Positions 9,601 through 21,359 of a DNA stretch of 64,000 bases are shown here, piece after piece. The stretch's first letter is position 1. Each line of letters starts with the position of its first letter. The DNA is from Gammaproteobacteria bacterium (GTDB lineage: Bacteria; Pseudomonadota; Gammaproteobacteria; GCA-001735895). Made by a program: the position numbers and the translations under genes. The notes beneath the pieces were generated by a model. It had not been told where the DNA came from. It worked only from the letters and a program-made list of their open reading frames with translations, and searched no databases. Location: the NCBI GenBank assembly GCA_026989015.1, contig JALSKD010000177.1:401-64400 (forward strand), written 5' to 3'.

Positions 9601-9811
9601 CGCTGCGTTCGCCACTGCGGGCGCGGACGGAGCGCACCCAGTCTGCCGCCCGTTGTTCAATGGAGCCGGCGAGCGCTTCATGGCCCTGCAATACGGTCAG
9701 GCGGTCCGCGACAATCCGTGCCTCGTCGGCCAATGCATCGCGGTGCAGGCTTTCGGGAAGAGCGGCCTCTTCGAGTAACCCGGGCTCAAGAACAAAAGCG
9801 TGCGGCGGCAT
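6653..9811 (-). CDS. putA: Bifunctional proline dehydrogenase / glutamate-semialdehyde dehydrogenase
   Basis: SFDMLGEAA, ISIKLSALHPRY, VRLVKGAYWD, YLVRRLLENGANTSF, AETGGQN, GQRCSALR, GPKAGGPHYL. Confidence 0.97.
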   Translation of the reverse strand: MPPHAFVLEPGLLEEAALPESLHRDALADEARIVADRLTVLQGHEALAGSIEQRAADWVRSVRARSGERSAIDAFMHEYDLSSEEGVLLMCIAEALLRIPDEETAERLIEDKIAQARWERHLGHSDSLFVNASTWGLMLTGRIIDIDPEREQGWRSWFGQLVRRSGEPVIQLALRQAMKIMARQFVMGRGIDDALKRAREPEQDSALCSFDMLGEAALTDADAERYHQAYLQAIDALAADRPGEHDPMRRHGISIKLSALHPRYEPAQIGVLLEELLPRLSELALAAREAGIGLTLDAEEADRLEISLLLFDRLLEDRRLRGWDGLGLAVQAYQKRSMAVLEWLEERARTHRRRIPVRLVKGAYWDTEIKLAQERGLDDYPVFTRKINSDVSWLAGARFLLDRRECFYPQLATHNAHGIAAVLAWAGDLQGFEFQRLHGMGAQLYRVVSEEAGADLRCRVYAPVGSHQDLLPYLVRRLLENGANTSFVNRILDEQQPPEAVVGDPLRRLRALKTVANPAIPKPPELFLPQRRNSRGLFLADFSLQKTLAEGLQASPCLPAEVTPLMAVSWKAAARWPIRCPQRRRQLGHWIEPDAASVDAAVEQSHAAQPGWDACRLEQRAECLERAADLIELKREHFMRLCVEEAGKTLPDALAEVREAADFCRYYAAEARRALSPLDLPGPTGERNRLFHHGRGVFVCISPWNFPLAIFSGQVAAALVAGNSVIAKPAEQTVGIARLATECFIEAGVPETVLQLLPGRGETLGSQLCAHPKVAGVVFTGSTETAASINRTLAARQGPIAVLIAETGGQNAMLVDSSALPEQVVRDVLTSAFGSSGQRCSALRVLYLQQEIADRVIEMLAGAMQRLVIGDPALLRTDVGPVIDDAARDDLLAHIERLHREARLIHACTLPATTDGGVFVAPHAFELEDMALLEREHFGPILHVIRYRGKDLDRVIDTLNATGYGLTLGVHSRIESTWRRVQARARVGNLYINRSMIGAMVGVQPFGGEGLSGTGPKAGGPHYLPRFATERTVTVNTAAIGGNARLLGSGDE

Positions 9812-9987
9812 CGGCTTACCTCGGCAATCGGTTTCGATCCGAAACCAATTTCCTCCATCAGCCCGATGAATTCAAGAACCGTCCAGTTATAAGCGTTATC
9901 AGAAAAATGCCTTGAATTACTGCCTTTGCAGGGCATAATCGCGCAGATTGCGCCGTTGGCGCGAGCCACCGTATCGCGGAGAAGACT

Positions 9988-10902
9988 TTGGAGTATTTCA
10001 TCCAGCAACTGATCAACGGGGTCACACTGGGTTCGATCTATGGTCTCATCGCCATCGGTTACACCATGGTGTACGGCATCATCGGCATGATCAACTTTGC
10101 CCATGGTGACATCTTCATGGTCGGCGCCTTCGTGTCGCTGATCATCTTCGTGGCCCTGGGCCTGGCCGGTGTCACCTTCGTGCCCCTGGCCTTTGCCATC
10201 GTGCTCATCGTCGCCATCGTTATCACCTCGGTCTATGGCTGGACGGTCGAGCGCCTCGCCTACCGCCCGTTGCGCGGTTCCTTCCGGCTGGCGCCGCTGA
10301 TCTCCGCAATCGGCATGTCCATCTTCCTGCAGAACTTCGTGCAGCTGGCCCAGGGCGCGCGGGTCAAGCCGATGCCACCGATGATCACCGGCGGCTTCAC
10401 CTTCCTCGAGGGCAGTGATTTCAGCATCACCCTGAGCTGGATGCAGATCATCATCGTGTCGCTGACGGTGGTGCTGATGGCGGGCTTCGCCCTGCTCATC
10501 GCCCGCACACCGCTGGGCCGTGCCCAGCGTGCCTGCGAACAGGACCGCACCATGGCCGCACTGCTCGGCGTCAATGTGGACCGCACCATCTCGCTGACCT
10601 TCGTCATGGGCGCGGCGCTGGCCGCGGTGGCGGGCATGATGTTCCTGCTCTACTACGGCGTGATCGATTTCTACATCGGCTTCCTGGCCGGCATCAAGGC
10701 CTTCACTGCCGCGGTGCTGGGCGGCATCGGCTCGCTGCCCGGCGCGATGCTCGGCGGGCTGCTGATCGGCCTCATCGAGACCTTCTGGTCGGCCTATTTC
10801 ACCATCGAGTACAAGGATGTGGCGGCCTTCTCCATCCTCGTGCTGGCCCTGATCTTCCGCCCTTACGGCCTGCTCGGCAAACCCGAAATCGAGAAGGTGT
10901 AG
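9988..10902 (+). CDS. livH: Branched-chain amino acid ABC permease
   Basis: [36 protein letters not shown]; TTG start. Confidence 0.95.
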   Translation: MEYFIQQLINGVTLGSIYGLIAIGYTMVYGIIGMINFAHGDIFMVGAFVSLIIFVALGLAGVTFVPLAFAIVLIVAIVITSVYGWTVERLAYRPLRGSFRLAPLISAIGMSIFLQNFVQLAQGARVKPMPPMITGGFTFLEGSDFSITLSWMQIIIVSLTVVLMAGFALLIARTPLGRAQRACEQDRTMAALLGVNVDRTISLTFVMGAALAAVAGMMFLLYYGVIDFYIGFLAGIKAFTAAVLGGIGSLPGAMLGGLLIGLIETFWSAYFTIEYKDVAAFSILVLALIFRPYGLLGKPEIEKV

Positions 10903-10906
10903 TCCG

Positions 10907-13094
<2,188 letters not shown>

Positions 13095-13095
<1 letters not shown>

Positions 13096-13802
13096 TGCTG
13101 ACCCTGGAAGGCGTACAGACCTATTACGGCAACATCGAGGCACTCAAGGGCATCGATCTTGAAGTGCAGCAGGGCGAAATCGTCACCATCATCGGTGCCA
13201 ACGGTGCCGGCAAGAGCACCACGCTGATGACCATCTGTGGCCTGCCCCGCGCCGCAGAGGGGCGGATCCGCTTCGAGCAGTACGACATCACCCGCATGCC
13301 AACCCACGAGATCGTTCAGCTGGGCATCGCCCAATCGCCGGAAGGCCGGCGCATCTTCCCGCGCATGACGGTGCTGGAGAACCTGCAGATGGGGGCTTCC
13401 AAGTCCAATCCGGACTTCTTCGAACAGGACCTGGCCCATGTGCAGGAACTGTTCCCCATCCTCAAGAAACGCGAGAACCAGCGCGGCGGAACCCTCTCCG
13501 GCGGTGAACAACAAATGCTCGCCATCGCCCGCGCGCTGATGAGCCGACCGCGCCTGCTGCTGCTCGACGAGCCGTCACTGGGCCTGGCACCGCTGGTGGT
13601 GCGGCAGATCTTCGAAGTCATCGAACAGATCAACCGCGAGGACGATGTCACCGTGCTGCTGGTGGAACAGAATGCGTTTCATGCGCTCAAGCTGGCGCAC
13701 CGGGGCTATGTCATGGTCAACGGCCGGATCACCCTGAGCGGTGCCGGCGACGAGCTGCTGGACATGCCCGAAGTACGGGCAGCCTATCTGGAGGGCGGAT
13801 GA
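13095..13802 (+). CDS. livF: Branched-chain amino acid ABC ATPase
   Basis: GANGAGKST, PEGRRIF, LSGGEQQMLAIARALM, LDEPSLGLAP. Confidence 0.95.
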
Positions 13803-14146
13803 TGATCGACTGGGGACTGTTCACCGGCATCACGATCATACTGGGCGGCGGAGCCGCCTGGATGATGGGTCAGGCACTGGCCGCAGGCTGGAAACCGGCC
13901 TGGCATGCCGTACTCTACAGCCTGTTGCTGGGCGCAGCCGACCGCTTTCTGATCTTCGCGCTGTTCGATGGCGAACTGCTGTCCGTCCGCGGCTATGTCA
14001 TGGACACGCTGACACTGATGCTGATCGGCCTGGCCGGCTGGCGCGCCACCCGCGCCCGCAAGATGGTCGGACAGTATCCCTGGCTCTACGAACGCAGCGG
14101 CTTTTTCACCTGGAAACTGCGGCAGGATGCCGAAGATTCCGCTTGA
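13799..14146 (+). CDS. DUF6867-like small membrane protein within the liv operon
   Basis: GGGAAWMMGQALAAGWKP..RFLIFALFDGELLS..QYPWLYER; overlaps the livF stop. Confidence 0.8.
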   Translation: MMIDWGLFTGITIILGGGAAWMMGQALAAGWKPAWHAVLYSLLLGAADRFLIFALFDGELLSVRGYVMDTLTLMLIGLAGWRATRARKMVGQYPWLYERSGFFTWKLRQDAEDSA

Positions 14147-14235
14147 GCCGGCAATCCGTTAAGATGCCATTCAGCGGGGCCATCGCATGATGACGGCCCC
14201 GATTTCACAGAAGAAAAACCGGAGGGTATACCACA

Positions 14236-15342
14236 ATGATGAACTTCAAGACACTTGCCTCGGCTGCCATGCTGCTGGGCGCTTTGGGTATCGGCAGCGC
14301 GCAGGCCGAAATCCGCATTGCCACCGCCGGCCCGATGACCGGGCAATACGCCAGCTTCGGCCAGCAGATGAAGGCCGGTGCCGAACAGGCCGTGGCCGAC
14401 ATCAACGCCAAGGGCGGCGTGTTGGGCCAGAAACTGGTGCTGGAAATCGGCGATGACGCCTGCGACCCGAAACAGGCGGTCGCCGTTGCCAACCAGATGG
14501 TCAACAAGGGCGTGGTCTTCATGGCCGGGCATTTCTGCTCCGGCTCTTCGATCCCGGCTTCCAAGGTCTACGAGGAAGAAGGCGTGGTGATGATCTCCCC
14601 CGCGTCCACCAACCCCAAGCTGACCGACGAGGGCGGCGACCTGGTATTCCGTGTCTGCGGTCGTGACGACCAGCAGGGCATGGTCGCCGGCAAGTTCCTG
14701 GCCGAGAAATTCAAGGGCAAGAACATCGCCATCATTCATGACAAGACCGCCTACGGCAAGGGCCTGGCCGACGAAACCCGCAAGTACCTGCGCAAGTTCG
14801 GCAGCAAGGAGAAGATGTACGAAGCCATCACCGCCGGCGAGAAGGACTACTCCGCGCTGGTCTCCAAGCTCAAGCGCAACAAGATCGATGTGCTCTACCT
14901 GGGCGGCTACCACACCGAGGCCGGCCTGATCATCCGCCAGATGCGTCAGCAGGGCATGGACACCGTTCTGGTCTCCGGCGACGCACTGGTAACCGACGAG
15001 TTCTGGTCGATCACCGGCAAGGACGGCGAAGGCACCCTGATGACCTTCAGCCCGGACCCGCGCAAAAACCCTGACGCCGCACCGGTGGTCAAGGAATTCC
15101 GCGCCAAGGGCATCGAGCCGGAAGGCTATGTTCTCTACACCTACGGCGCCATCCAGGCCTGGGCCCAGGCCGCCGAGCAGGCCGGCAGCACCGATGTCAA
15201 CAAGGTCACCAAGGCCCTGCACAGCGGCAAGTTCGACACCGTGCTCGGCAAGATCGGCTTCGACAACAAGGGTGACGTCACCGCTCCGGGCTATGTGTTC
15301 TATGTCTGGAAGGACGGAAAGTACGACTACTACAAGGACTGA
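14236..15342 (+). CDS. livK: Branched-chain amino acid ABC substrate-binding protein (LivJ/LivK/BraC family)
   Basis: Signal peptide, GPMTG, DDACDPKQAVAVAN, GHFCSGSSIPAS, HDKTAYGKGLA. Confidence 0.93.
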   Translation: MMNFKTLASAAMLLGALGIGSAQAEIRIATAGPMTGQYASFGQQMKAGAEQAVADINAKGGVLGQKLVLEIGDDACDPKQAVAVANQMVNKGVVFMAGHFCSGSSIPASKVYEEEGVVMISPASTNPKLTDEGGDLVFRVCGRDDQQGMVAGKFLAEKFKGKNIAIIHDKTAYGKGLADETRKYLRKFGSKEKMYEAITAGEKDYSALVSKLKRNKIDVLYLGGYHTEAGLIIRQMRQQGMDTVLVSGDALVTDEFWSITGKDGEGTLMTFSPDPRKNPDAAPVVKEFRAKGIEPEGYVLYTYGAIQAWAQAAEQAGSTDVNKVTKALHSGKFDTVLGKIGFDNKGDVTAPGYVFYVWKDGKYDYYKD

Positions 15343-15366
15343 TTCCGCAGCGTCCTGAAACCGTCA

Positions 15367-15394
15367 GGCCCGGGCCGCAAGGCCCGGGCTTTTT
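15367..15394 (+). terminator. Intrinsic terminator of the liv operon
   Basis: GGCCCGGGCC-GCAA-GGCCCGGGCT-TTTT. Confidence 0.85.
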
Positions 15395-15405
15395 CGTGCC
15401 CGACA

Positions 15406-16425
15406 TCAAGCGGAAAACAGCGAAAGCGGGTTCCAGCGCCGGCGGGCGGCTAGCGCGGTCAGAACGCAGGTCGTGCCACGGCGTTCCCTGCAGCCGTTCA
15501 TCCAGTCCTTCTTGTAGCCCTCGTTGCCGGTCAGGAAATCCACTTCCACTACACGGTCCTCGTCGATGACCCGCCGCATCATGAAGGCCGTGAGCAGCGT
15601 ACCGGGCGAATACTGCCGCCAGCGCTCGTCATGGGCCAGACGGAAGATGCTCGCCCGCTTCCCGGCCACGAGCCAGATCTGCGCCGCCGCCGGTTCGCCG
15701 CCGGCATGCAACACCCCCAGACGCAGCCAACCCCGCGCCGACGCGCGCTCGACCAGCCCGGCCAGCAGGGCATCGTATTGTTCCCGCGCTTTCCAGCTGG
15801 CGTTGTACACCCGCCGATAATCCTCCAACGCCTGCCCGTCACCGATTTCGGTATGTAGCCGGACAGCCAGCCCCTGCTCCCGTTCCAGCTTGCGCCGCTT
15901 GCGCGACAGCGTATTTCGCAAACGGGTCGGCCGGCCGGCCAGATACGCCTCCCAGGTTTCACCGTCCAGTTCCAAGTAATGGTTGAGGAAACGAAACCCC
16001 TGATGGCACGCATACCCCTGGGCCGACAACTGCTGCTGTACAGCGTGCATTCCGGGATCGTCAGCCTCATGGGGACCCAGCGTCAGCCGGTGTACGCCGC
16101 TGGCCCGCAGGCCGGCGGCCAGGCACTCGATGACATCCGTTCGTCGCGCGTCGGCCAGCAGCGGCGCGTAGAGACTGCTGTAGCGGTGCGTGAAGGCGCT
16201 GTACCCGTCCTCCTCCCGATAGATCAGCGGCAGCAGCGCCAGCATCCGCTCCCCGTCCATCACCGAGGCGAGGTAGAGCGATTGACCGGCCTCCAGCCCC
16301 CGTTCAACCAGCAGTTCGAACCAGCTACGGGACAGAAAGACGCTCCGTTCCTCGGCCTGACCGAACAGTGTCTGGCTGGACGGCGGCAGTGCGTCCAGTG
16401 CGTCGAAGCTGCAGTACCGCATCAC
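15406..16425 (-). CDS. CelD/BcsL-like GNAT acetyltransferase (Acetyltransf_6)
   Basis: WEAYLAGRPTRLRNTLSRKRRKL, WLRLGVL, YSPGTLLT, VDFLTGNEGYKKDW. Confidence 0.8.
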   Translation of the reverse strand: MMRYCSFDALDALPPSSQTLFGQAEERSVFLSRSWFELLVERGLEAGQSLYLASVMDGERMLALLPLIYREEDGYSAFTHRYSSLYAPLLADARRTDVIECLAAGLRASGVHRLTLGPHEADDPGMHAVQQQLSAQGYACHQGFRFLNHYLELDGETWEAYLAGRPTRLRNTLSRKRRKLEREQGLAVRLHTEIGDGQALEDYRRVYNASWKAREQYDALLAGLVERASARGWLRLGVLHAGGEPAAAQIWLVAGKRASIFRLAHDERWRQYSPGTLLTAFMMRRVIDEDRVVEVDFLTGNEGYKKDWMNGCRERRGTTCVLTALAARRRWNPLSLFSA

Positions 16426-16437
16426 CGCTCCGGCGGT

Positions 16438-17940
16438 TCAGACATCGAAGCGCACGCCCTGTGCCAGCGGCAGGTCGCGCGAAAAGTTCACGGTGCTGGT
16501 CTGGCGGCGCATGTAGCCCTTCCAGGCGTCGGAGCCGGACTCGCGGCCACCACCGGTGGCCTTCTCGCCACCGAAGGCACCGCCGATCTCCGCGCCGGAC
16601 GGACCGATATTGACATTGGCGATGCCGCAATCCGAACCCCAGGCCGAAAGAAAGGTTTCGGCTTCTCGCAGGTCGTTGGTGAAGATACTGGACGACAGGC
16701 CCTGGGGCACGTCGTTCTGCATCGCAATGGCGTCGTCCAGAACCCTCCAGGTCATCACATAGAGGATCGGGGCAAAGGTCTCCTCGCGCACGATGGCCGT
16801 CTGAGCGGGCATGCGGGCAATGGCCGGACGTACATAGACACCGCCCGCGGGCACGCCTTCCTCGATCCGTTCGCCACCGACGATCTGCGCACCCTCTTCC
16901 TTTGCGCGGGCCAGTGCCTGTTGCATGCGTTGCCAGGCTGCTTCGTCGATCAACGGCCCCAGCAAAATGCCCTCTTCCAGGGGATTGCCGGCCGGCACGC
17001 TGGCATAGGCCGCCTTCAGCCGTTCGATCAGGTCGTCGGCGATGGCTTCATGGACGATCAGCCGTCGCAGCGAGGTACAGCGCTGCCCGCAGGTGCCAAT
17101 CGCCGAGAACAGGATCGCGCGTAGCGCCATGTCAAGATCGGCGCTGGGGGCGACGATCATTGCGTTGTTTCCGCCCAGTTCCAGCAGCGAACGACCAAAA
17201 CGCGCGGCCACCTTCGGCCCCACTTCGCGGCCCATGCGGGTAGAGCCGGTGGCCGACACCAGCGCAACCCGCTTCGAGGAGACCAGAACATCACCCTGCT
17301 CCCGTCCGCCGATGACGATCTGCAGCAGGTGCCGGGGGGCCTCCTCTCCGAAGCGGTGCAGCGCCCTGTCGAACAGGTGCTGACAGGCCAGAGCGGTCAG
17401 CGGCGTCTTCTCGGAGGGTTTCCAGATCAGGCTGTTGCCGCAGACCAGGGACAGGGCCGCATTCCAGGCCCACACCGCCACCGGAAAATTGAAGGCAGTG
17501 ATGATGGCGTTGACACCGAGCGGGTGCCAGGCTTCGGCCATGCGGTGCTCGGGCCGCTCGCTGGCAATGGTCAGACCGAACAGCTGACGGGACTGACCCA
17601 CGGCAAGATCGCAGATATCGATCATTTCCTGCACTTCCCCCAGCCCTTCGGAGAGAATCTTTCCGCACTCCAGGGTGACCAGTTCACCCAGTTGCTGCTT
17701 GTGGGCGCGCAATTCCTCGCCGAGCAGGCGGACCAGTTCACCACGCCGCGGGGGTGGCACGCGACGCCACTTCCGGAAGGCCTCCTCGGCGCGGTCGATC
17801 TGAAGGGGTACTTCTTCACTATCGGTTTCCGCAACATGGCCGAGCAGTGCGCCATCGATGGGGCTGTGCACGGGCCATCCCGACGGACGCTGGGCCCAGT
17901 GTTCCAGGCCCAGCCGGTTCAGCAGTTCCGTTCGATTCAT
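16438..17940 (-). CDS. amaB: ALDH7-type aminoadipate-semialdehyde / piperideine-6-carboxylate dehydrogenase
   Basis: GEVQEMIDICD, ITAFNFPVAVWAWN, LELGGNNA, GQRCTSLRR, GAEIGGAFGGEK, GGGRESGSDAWK. Confidence 0.9.
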   Translation of the reverse strand: MNRTELLNRLGLEHWAQRPSGWPVHSPIDGALLGHVAETDSEEVPLQIDRAEEAFRKWRRVPPPRRGELVRLLGEELRAHKQQLGELVTLECGKILSEGLGEVQEMIDICDLAVGQSRQLFGLTIASERPEHRMAEAWHPLGVNAIITAFNFPVAVWAWNAALSLVCGNSLIWKPSEKTPLTALACQHLFDRALHRFGEEAPRHLLQIVIGGREQGDVLVSSKRVALVSATGSTRMGREVGPKVAARFGRSLLELGGNNAMIVAPSADLDMALRAILFSAIGTCGQRCTSLRRLIVHEAIADDLIERLKAAYASVPAGNPLEEGILLGPLIDEAAWQRMQQALARAKEEGAQIVGGERIEEGVPAGGVYVRPAIARMPAQTAIVREETFAPILYVMTWRVLDDAIAMQNDVPQGLSSSIFTNDLREAETFLSAWGSDCGIANVNIGPSGAEIGGAFGGEKATGGGRESGSDAWKGYMRRQTSTVNFSRDLPLAQGVRFDV

Positions 17941-19019
17941 CGTTTCGCCTCCTCACCGCTTTGGGTATAGATGCTACCACAGCGGGTACGCAGCAGATCG
18001 TCCAGCCGCAGCTGTTCCTGGCGAATGAACCCCTGGTCTGGAAGATGCCCTTCCCGCAGCAATTCGATGACCGCGCAGGCCGAGGCCGAAGTGGTCCAGG
18101 CAATGGCCGTGCGCATGCGGCCACAGAGCAACCTGGGGTAGTAGGCACGCACAAACTCGTGGCGTTGCAGGCGTCCGTCGGTCCAGCCTTCGGCAGCGGC
18201 ATGGACATAGACCACATCGTCGTCCACGGGCGGTTTGGCGTGGGTCAGGATCAGACCTGCCTGCTCCCGCTGCTCGCGCATCAGCAGCTCATGAAAAAAG
18301 AAATTCATCAGCTGCACATGGCCCGGATAGCGCATCGTCTTGTAATCGAGGTTGTCGATACGGCCATGATAGGTTTCGCACAGGGTGCCCAGACCTCCTG
18401 AAGTCGTGAACGCCTCGAGCTGCACACCGTGGATGTGCACGGTTTCCAGCCATTCCATGGCAGACACCCATTTGCGCTCCCCTTCCTCGATGACCTCGCA
18501 GTCATTGAGGTACTCGTTGACCACGCCCTCGGGTGACCAGTTGAAGGCATAGCCGAGCAGGCCGGTGGGATTCTGCGGCAGTGCGCCGACACGCAATTTC
18601 AGCGAGCGGACCTTGTCGAAGCCTTCCGCCAGATCGGCCCCCACGATGCCAATGAATCCCGGCGCCAGGCCGCACTGCGGCGCCATCACCCCCTTTGCCG
18701 TGGCCGACAGTTCCCGGATCAGCCGGGTGGTGGAGACATCCTCGGTCAGGTCGAAATAGTGCAAGCCCAAACGGTGCGCACAACGCGCAACCCGGGCATT
18801 GAGGTGCCAGGGCAGGCAGGACAGCACCACCTGCTGGTCGGACAGGGCCCGCTCCAGTGCCTCATCGTCTTCGACCCGCAGCCGTTCACAGCGAAAGCCC
18901 GCTTCCTCCGGCAGGGAACCGGCATCCAGTCCGGTGACGACAAAACCGCTGTCATGCAACAGGCAGGCGGCCAGCTCACCGACCTTGCCCAGACCCAGAA
19001 CCGCTACACGCTCAATCAT
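17937..19019 (-). CDS. L-lysine 6-dehydrogenase / saccharopine dehydrogenase family protein
   Basis: GLGKVG Rossmann motif, HYFDLTEDV, PQCGLAPG, RVGALP, WSPEGVVNEY, YKTMRYPGH; overlaps the ALDH7 start. Confidence 0.88.
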   Translation of the reverse strand: MIERVAVLGLGKVGELAACLLHDSGFVVTGLDAGSLPEEAGFRCERLRVEDDEALERALSDQQVVLSCLPWHLNARVARCAHRLGLHYFDLTEDVSTTRLIRELSATAKGVMAPQCGLAPGFIGIVGADLAEGFDKVRSLKLRVGALPQNPTGLLGYAFNWSPEGVVNEYLNDCEVIEEGERKWVSAMEWLETVHIHGVQLEAFTTSGGLGTLCETYHGRIDNLDYKTMRYPGHVQLMNFFFHELLMREQREQAGLILTHAKPPVDDDVVYVHAAAEGWTDGRLQRHEFVRAYYPRLLCGRMRTAIAWTTSASACAVIELLREGHLPDQGFIRQEQLRLDDLLRTRCGSIYTQSGEEAKR

Positions 19020-19134
19020 TGCCTGATGCCTCGTGCTGAAAGTTTCATTCCATCAGCACGGGCGGTCAGATTAAAGAGTCAGATTGATCATAGTGATGTA
19101 TATTTAAAGCATATCGATCAATCGATTCTTAAAT

Positions 19135-19566
19135 ATGCCCAGAGACGACAAGGATGACCGCCTGCTCGCCCTGCTCCGCGAGCACGGGCGGATGCCGCTG
19201 ACCGAAATCGCCCGCCGGCTGGGCGTGTCGCGCGGTGCGGCCCAGGCGCGGCTGCAGAAACTCGAGCGCAACGGCACCATCGCCGGCTATACCGTACGGC
19301 TGTCCGCGGAATACGAACGGGCCTGCATCCGTGCGATCGTCATGATCAAGGCGGCCCCTGCCAACCGTCGCGCAGTGGAACGACGGCTGTGTCAGTTGCC
19401 CGAGTTGCGGGCGCTTCACTCGATCAGCGGCCTGTTCGACCTCAGCGCGCTGGTCTGCGCGCGCTCGGTTGCCGAACTGGATCGGGTGATCGATGCCATT
19501 GGCGTGATGGACGGTGTCGGGGAAACCCAGTCCTCGGTGATTCTCTCCACCAAACTGGAGCGATGA
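19135..19566 (+). CDS. Lrp/AsnC family regulator
   Basis: DDRLLALLREHGRMPLTEIARRLGVSR..LERNGTIAGY; divergent from the lysine catabolic genes. Confidence 0.93.
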   Translation: MPRDDKDDRLLALLREHGRMPLTEIARRLGVSRGAAQARLQKLERNGTIAGYTVRLSAEYERACIRAIVMIKAAPANRRAVERRLCQLPELRALHSISGLFDLSALVCARSVAELDRVIDAIGVMDGVGETQSSVILSTKLER

Positions 19567-19612
19567 AACCACGGGCCGGTGGTATCATCGTCTTTTCCCT
19601 GTACCCAGCCCG

Positions 19613-20524
19613 ATGAGTCCGAATCACCTCGCTTACCTGTTGACCCTGCTGACCCTGATGCTGTGGGGTGGCTCGGCCAGCGCATTCAAGCTGGCGCTGA
19701 ACACGCTGACGCCATCGGCGCTGCTGTGGATCAGTTGCGTGATCTCGCTGGCGGTGATGACCCTGCTGCTGCTCCTTCAGGGCCGCCTGGGGCAGCTGCG
19801 CCGAATCGCCGCGCGCGACTGGCCCCGCCTGCTGCTGCTCGGAGCCTTCAACCCGTTTCTTTATTATGTCCTCCTGTTCGAGGCCTATGACCGCCTGCCC
19901 GCGCAGGTCGCCATGTCGCTGAACTACCTGTGGCCGGTGATGCTGGCTCTCTTGTCGGTGCCGATACTCGGCCAGCGACTGGGCTGGTCCGGTCTGCTGC
20001 CGATTCTGCTGAGCTTCGCCGGCGCGGTGGTCATCGCCACGCGTGGTCGGCTCGATGGCTGGCAATCGGTGGACGGTCTGGGCCTGGTGGTGGCACTGGC
20101 CAGCACCCTGGTCTGGGCCGGCTACTGGCTCTACAGCACCCGGCTGAGACACATCGATCCGGCACTGAAATTGTTCATGGCCTTTCTCATTGGAACGCCA
20201 CTGACCCTGATCTACAGCCTGCTCCAGGGCAACCTGCAGTGGCCGGGCAGCGATTACCCCTGGTGGCCGGTGCTGTATGTGGGGCTGTTCGAGATGGGCG
20301 TCACCTTCTTCATCTGGCAATTGGCCCTGTCGCTGGCCGACAGCGCGGCGCGCATCGGCAACCTCATCTACCTGACCCCGTTCCTGTCGTTACTGATTTT
20401 GTCGCGGGTGACCGGTGAAACCATACATCCGGCTACCCTCTGGGGCCTGCTGCTGATCGTTGCCGGGATACTCCTGCAGCAGTATGCTGGGCGGCGTGCT
20501 CCCGGGGGGAATACCGCACCATGA
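19613..20524 (+). CDS. EamA/DMT family transporter
   Basis: About ten hydrophobic helices; NPFLYY..AYDRLPAQVA..LNYLWP, LIYLTPFLSL. Confidence 0.9.
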   Translation: MSPNHLAYLLTLLTLMLWGGSASAFKLALNTLTPSALLWISCVISLAVMTLLLLLQGRLGQLRRIAARDWPRLLLLGAFNPFLYYVLLFEAYDRLPAQVAMSLNYLWPVMLALLSVPILGQRLGWSGLLPILLSFAGAVVIATRGRLDGWQSVDGLGLVVALASTLVWAGYWLYSTRLRHIDPALKLFMAFLIGTPLTLIYSLLQGNLQWPGSDYPWWPVLYVGLFEMGVTFFIWQLALSLADSAARIGNLIYLTPFLSLLILSRVTGETIHPATLWGLLLIVAGILLQQYAGRRAPGGNTAP

Positions 20525-21297
20525 ACAAGCTTCTTGCCGTTCTTTCCATCCTGGTTGTCGCCGTCATCGGCTGGCGCTTCATGTCCGGCCCGGATCAGGC
20601 CGGTATCGATGCGCAGCGCCTGGAACGGGACCGCAAGAACCGCGCCTACATCGAGCAGGCACGGGCCGGCAAGGATATCGCGGCGCTGGAGCGATTCATC
20701 CGTGACAACCCCCGTTCCGGCTGGCGTGATGTGGCGATTTTCTACCGCGACGAGTTCGCCTACCGCCAGGCAGCGGCCCGCGGCGATGCCAACAGCCTGA
20801 AACGCTATATCCGCCTGTACCCGGACAGCCAGTGGGTGACCTTCGCCCGGCAACGCCTGGAACAACTCCGCCTCGAACAGAAGGCACAGCGAGACCGCGT
20901 CGAGAGACAGCGCAAACTGGCGGGGAAACAACCGGCATTGCCACCTTCTGATGAGGAACCCTCGCAAACCCTGCAGCAAGCACCGGCCCGGGCCATCGTC
21001 GAAGCGCCAGCAGAGCCGCGCCTGGACGCCCGCGAGCGGGTCCAGCGCGCCCTGTCCATCTACGAACAGCAAAGAAAACAGAAGGCATTCGATGCCGCCC
21101 AGCAAAAACAGCAGCGCCAGGCCGAGAAAGACCGCCAGCGGCAATGCCAGCGCCTCCGGGATCAGCTGCGCCAGTTCGACAGCGGCATCCGCTGGTACCG
21201 CCTCGACGACCAGGGGCAGCGCCAGTTTCTCGATGCTACCGCGGTGGCCGCGGAACGCCGCAAGACCGAAGACTACCTGCGCAAGCACTGCCGATGA
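20521..21297 (+). CDS. Membrane-anchored hypothetical protein
   Basis: N-terminal hydrophobic helix, two helical repeats, charged coiled region, C-terminal Cys pair; 4-bp overlap with the EamA stop. Confidence 0.7.
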   Translation: MNKLLAVLSILVVAVIGWRFMSGPDQAGIDAQRLERDRKNRAYIEQARAGKDIAALERFIRDNPRSGWRDVAIFYRDEFAYRQAAARGDANSLKRYIRLYPDSQWVTFARQRLEQLRLEQKAQRDRVERQRKLAGKQPALPPSDEEPSQTLQQAPARAIVEAPAEPRLDARERVQRALSIYEQQRKQKAFDAAQQKQQRQAEKDRQRQCQRLRDQLRQFDSGIRWYRLDDQGQRQFLDATAVAAERRKTEDYLRKHCR

Positions 21298-21319
21298 ACC
21301 CTCCGCAGCGCGGGTGACG

Positions 21320-21348
21320 ATGACAACGGCCGGCTCTGTGTCTATAAT
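21320..21348 (+). promoter_or_regulatory. Sigma70 promoter of tRNA-Arg
   Basis: ATGACA-N17-TATAAT followed by a GC-rich discriminator. Confidence 0.7.
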
Positions 21349-21359
21349 CCGCCGGCCCC

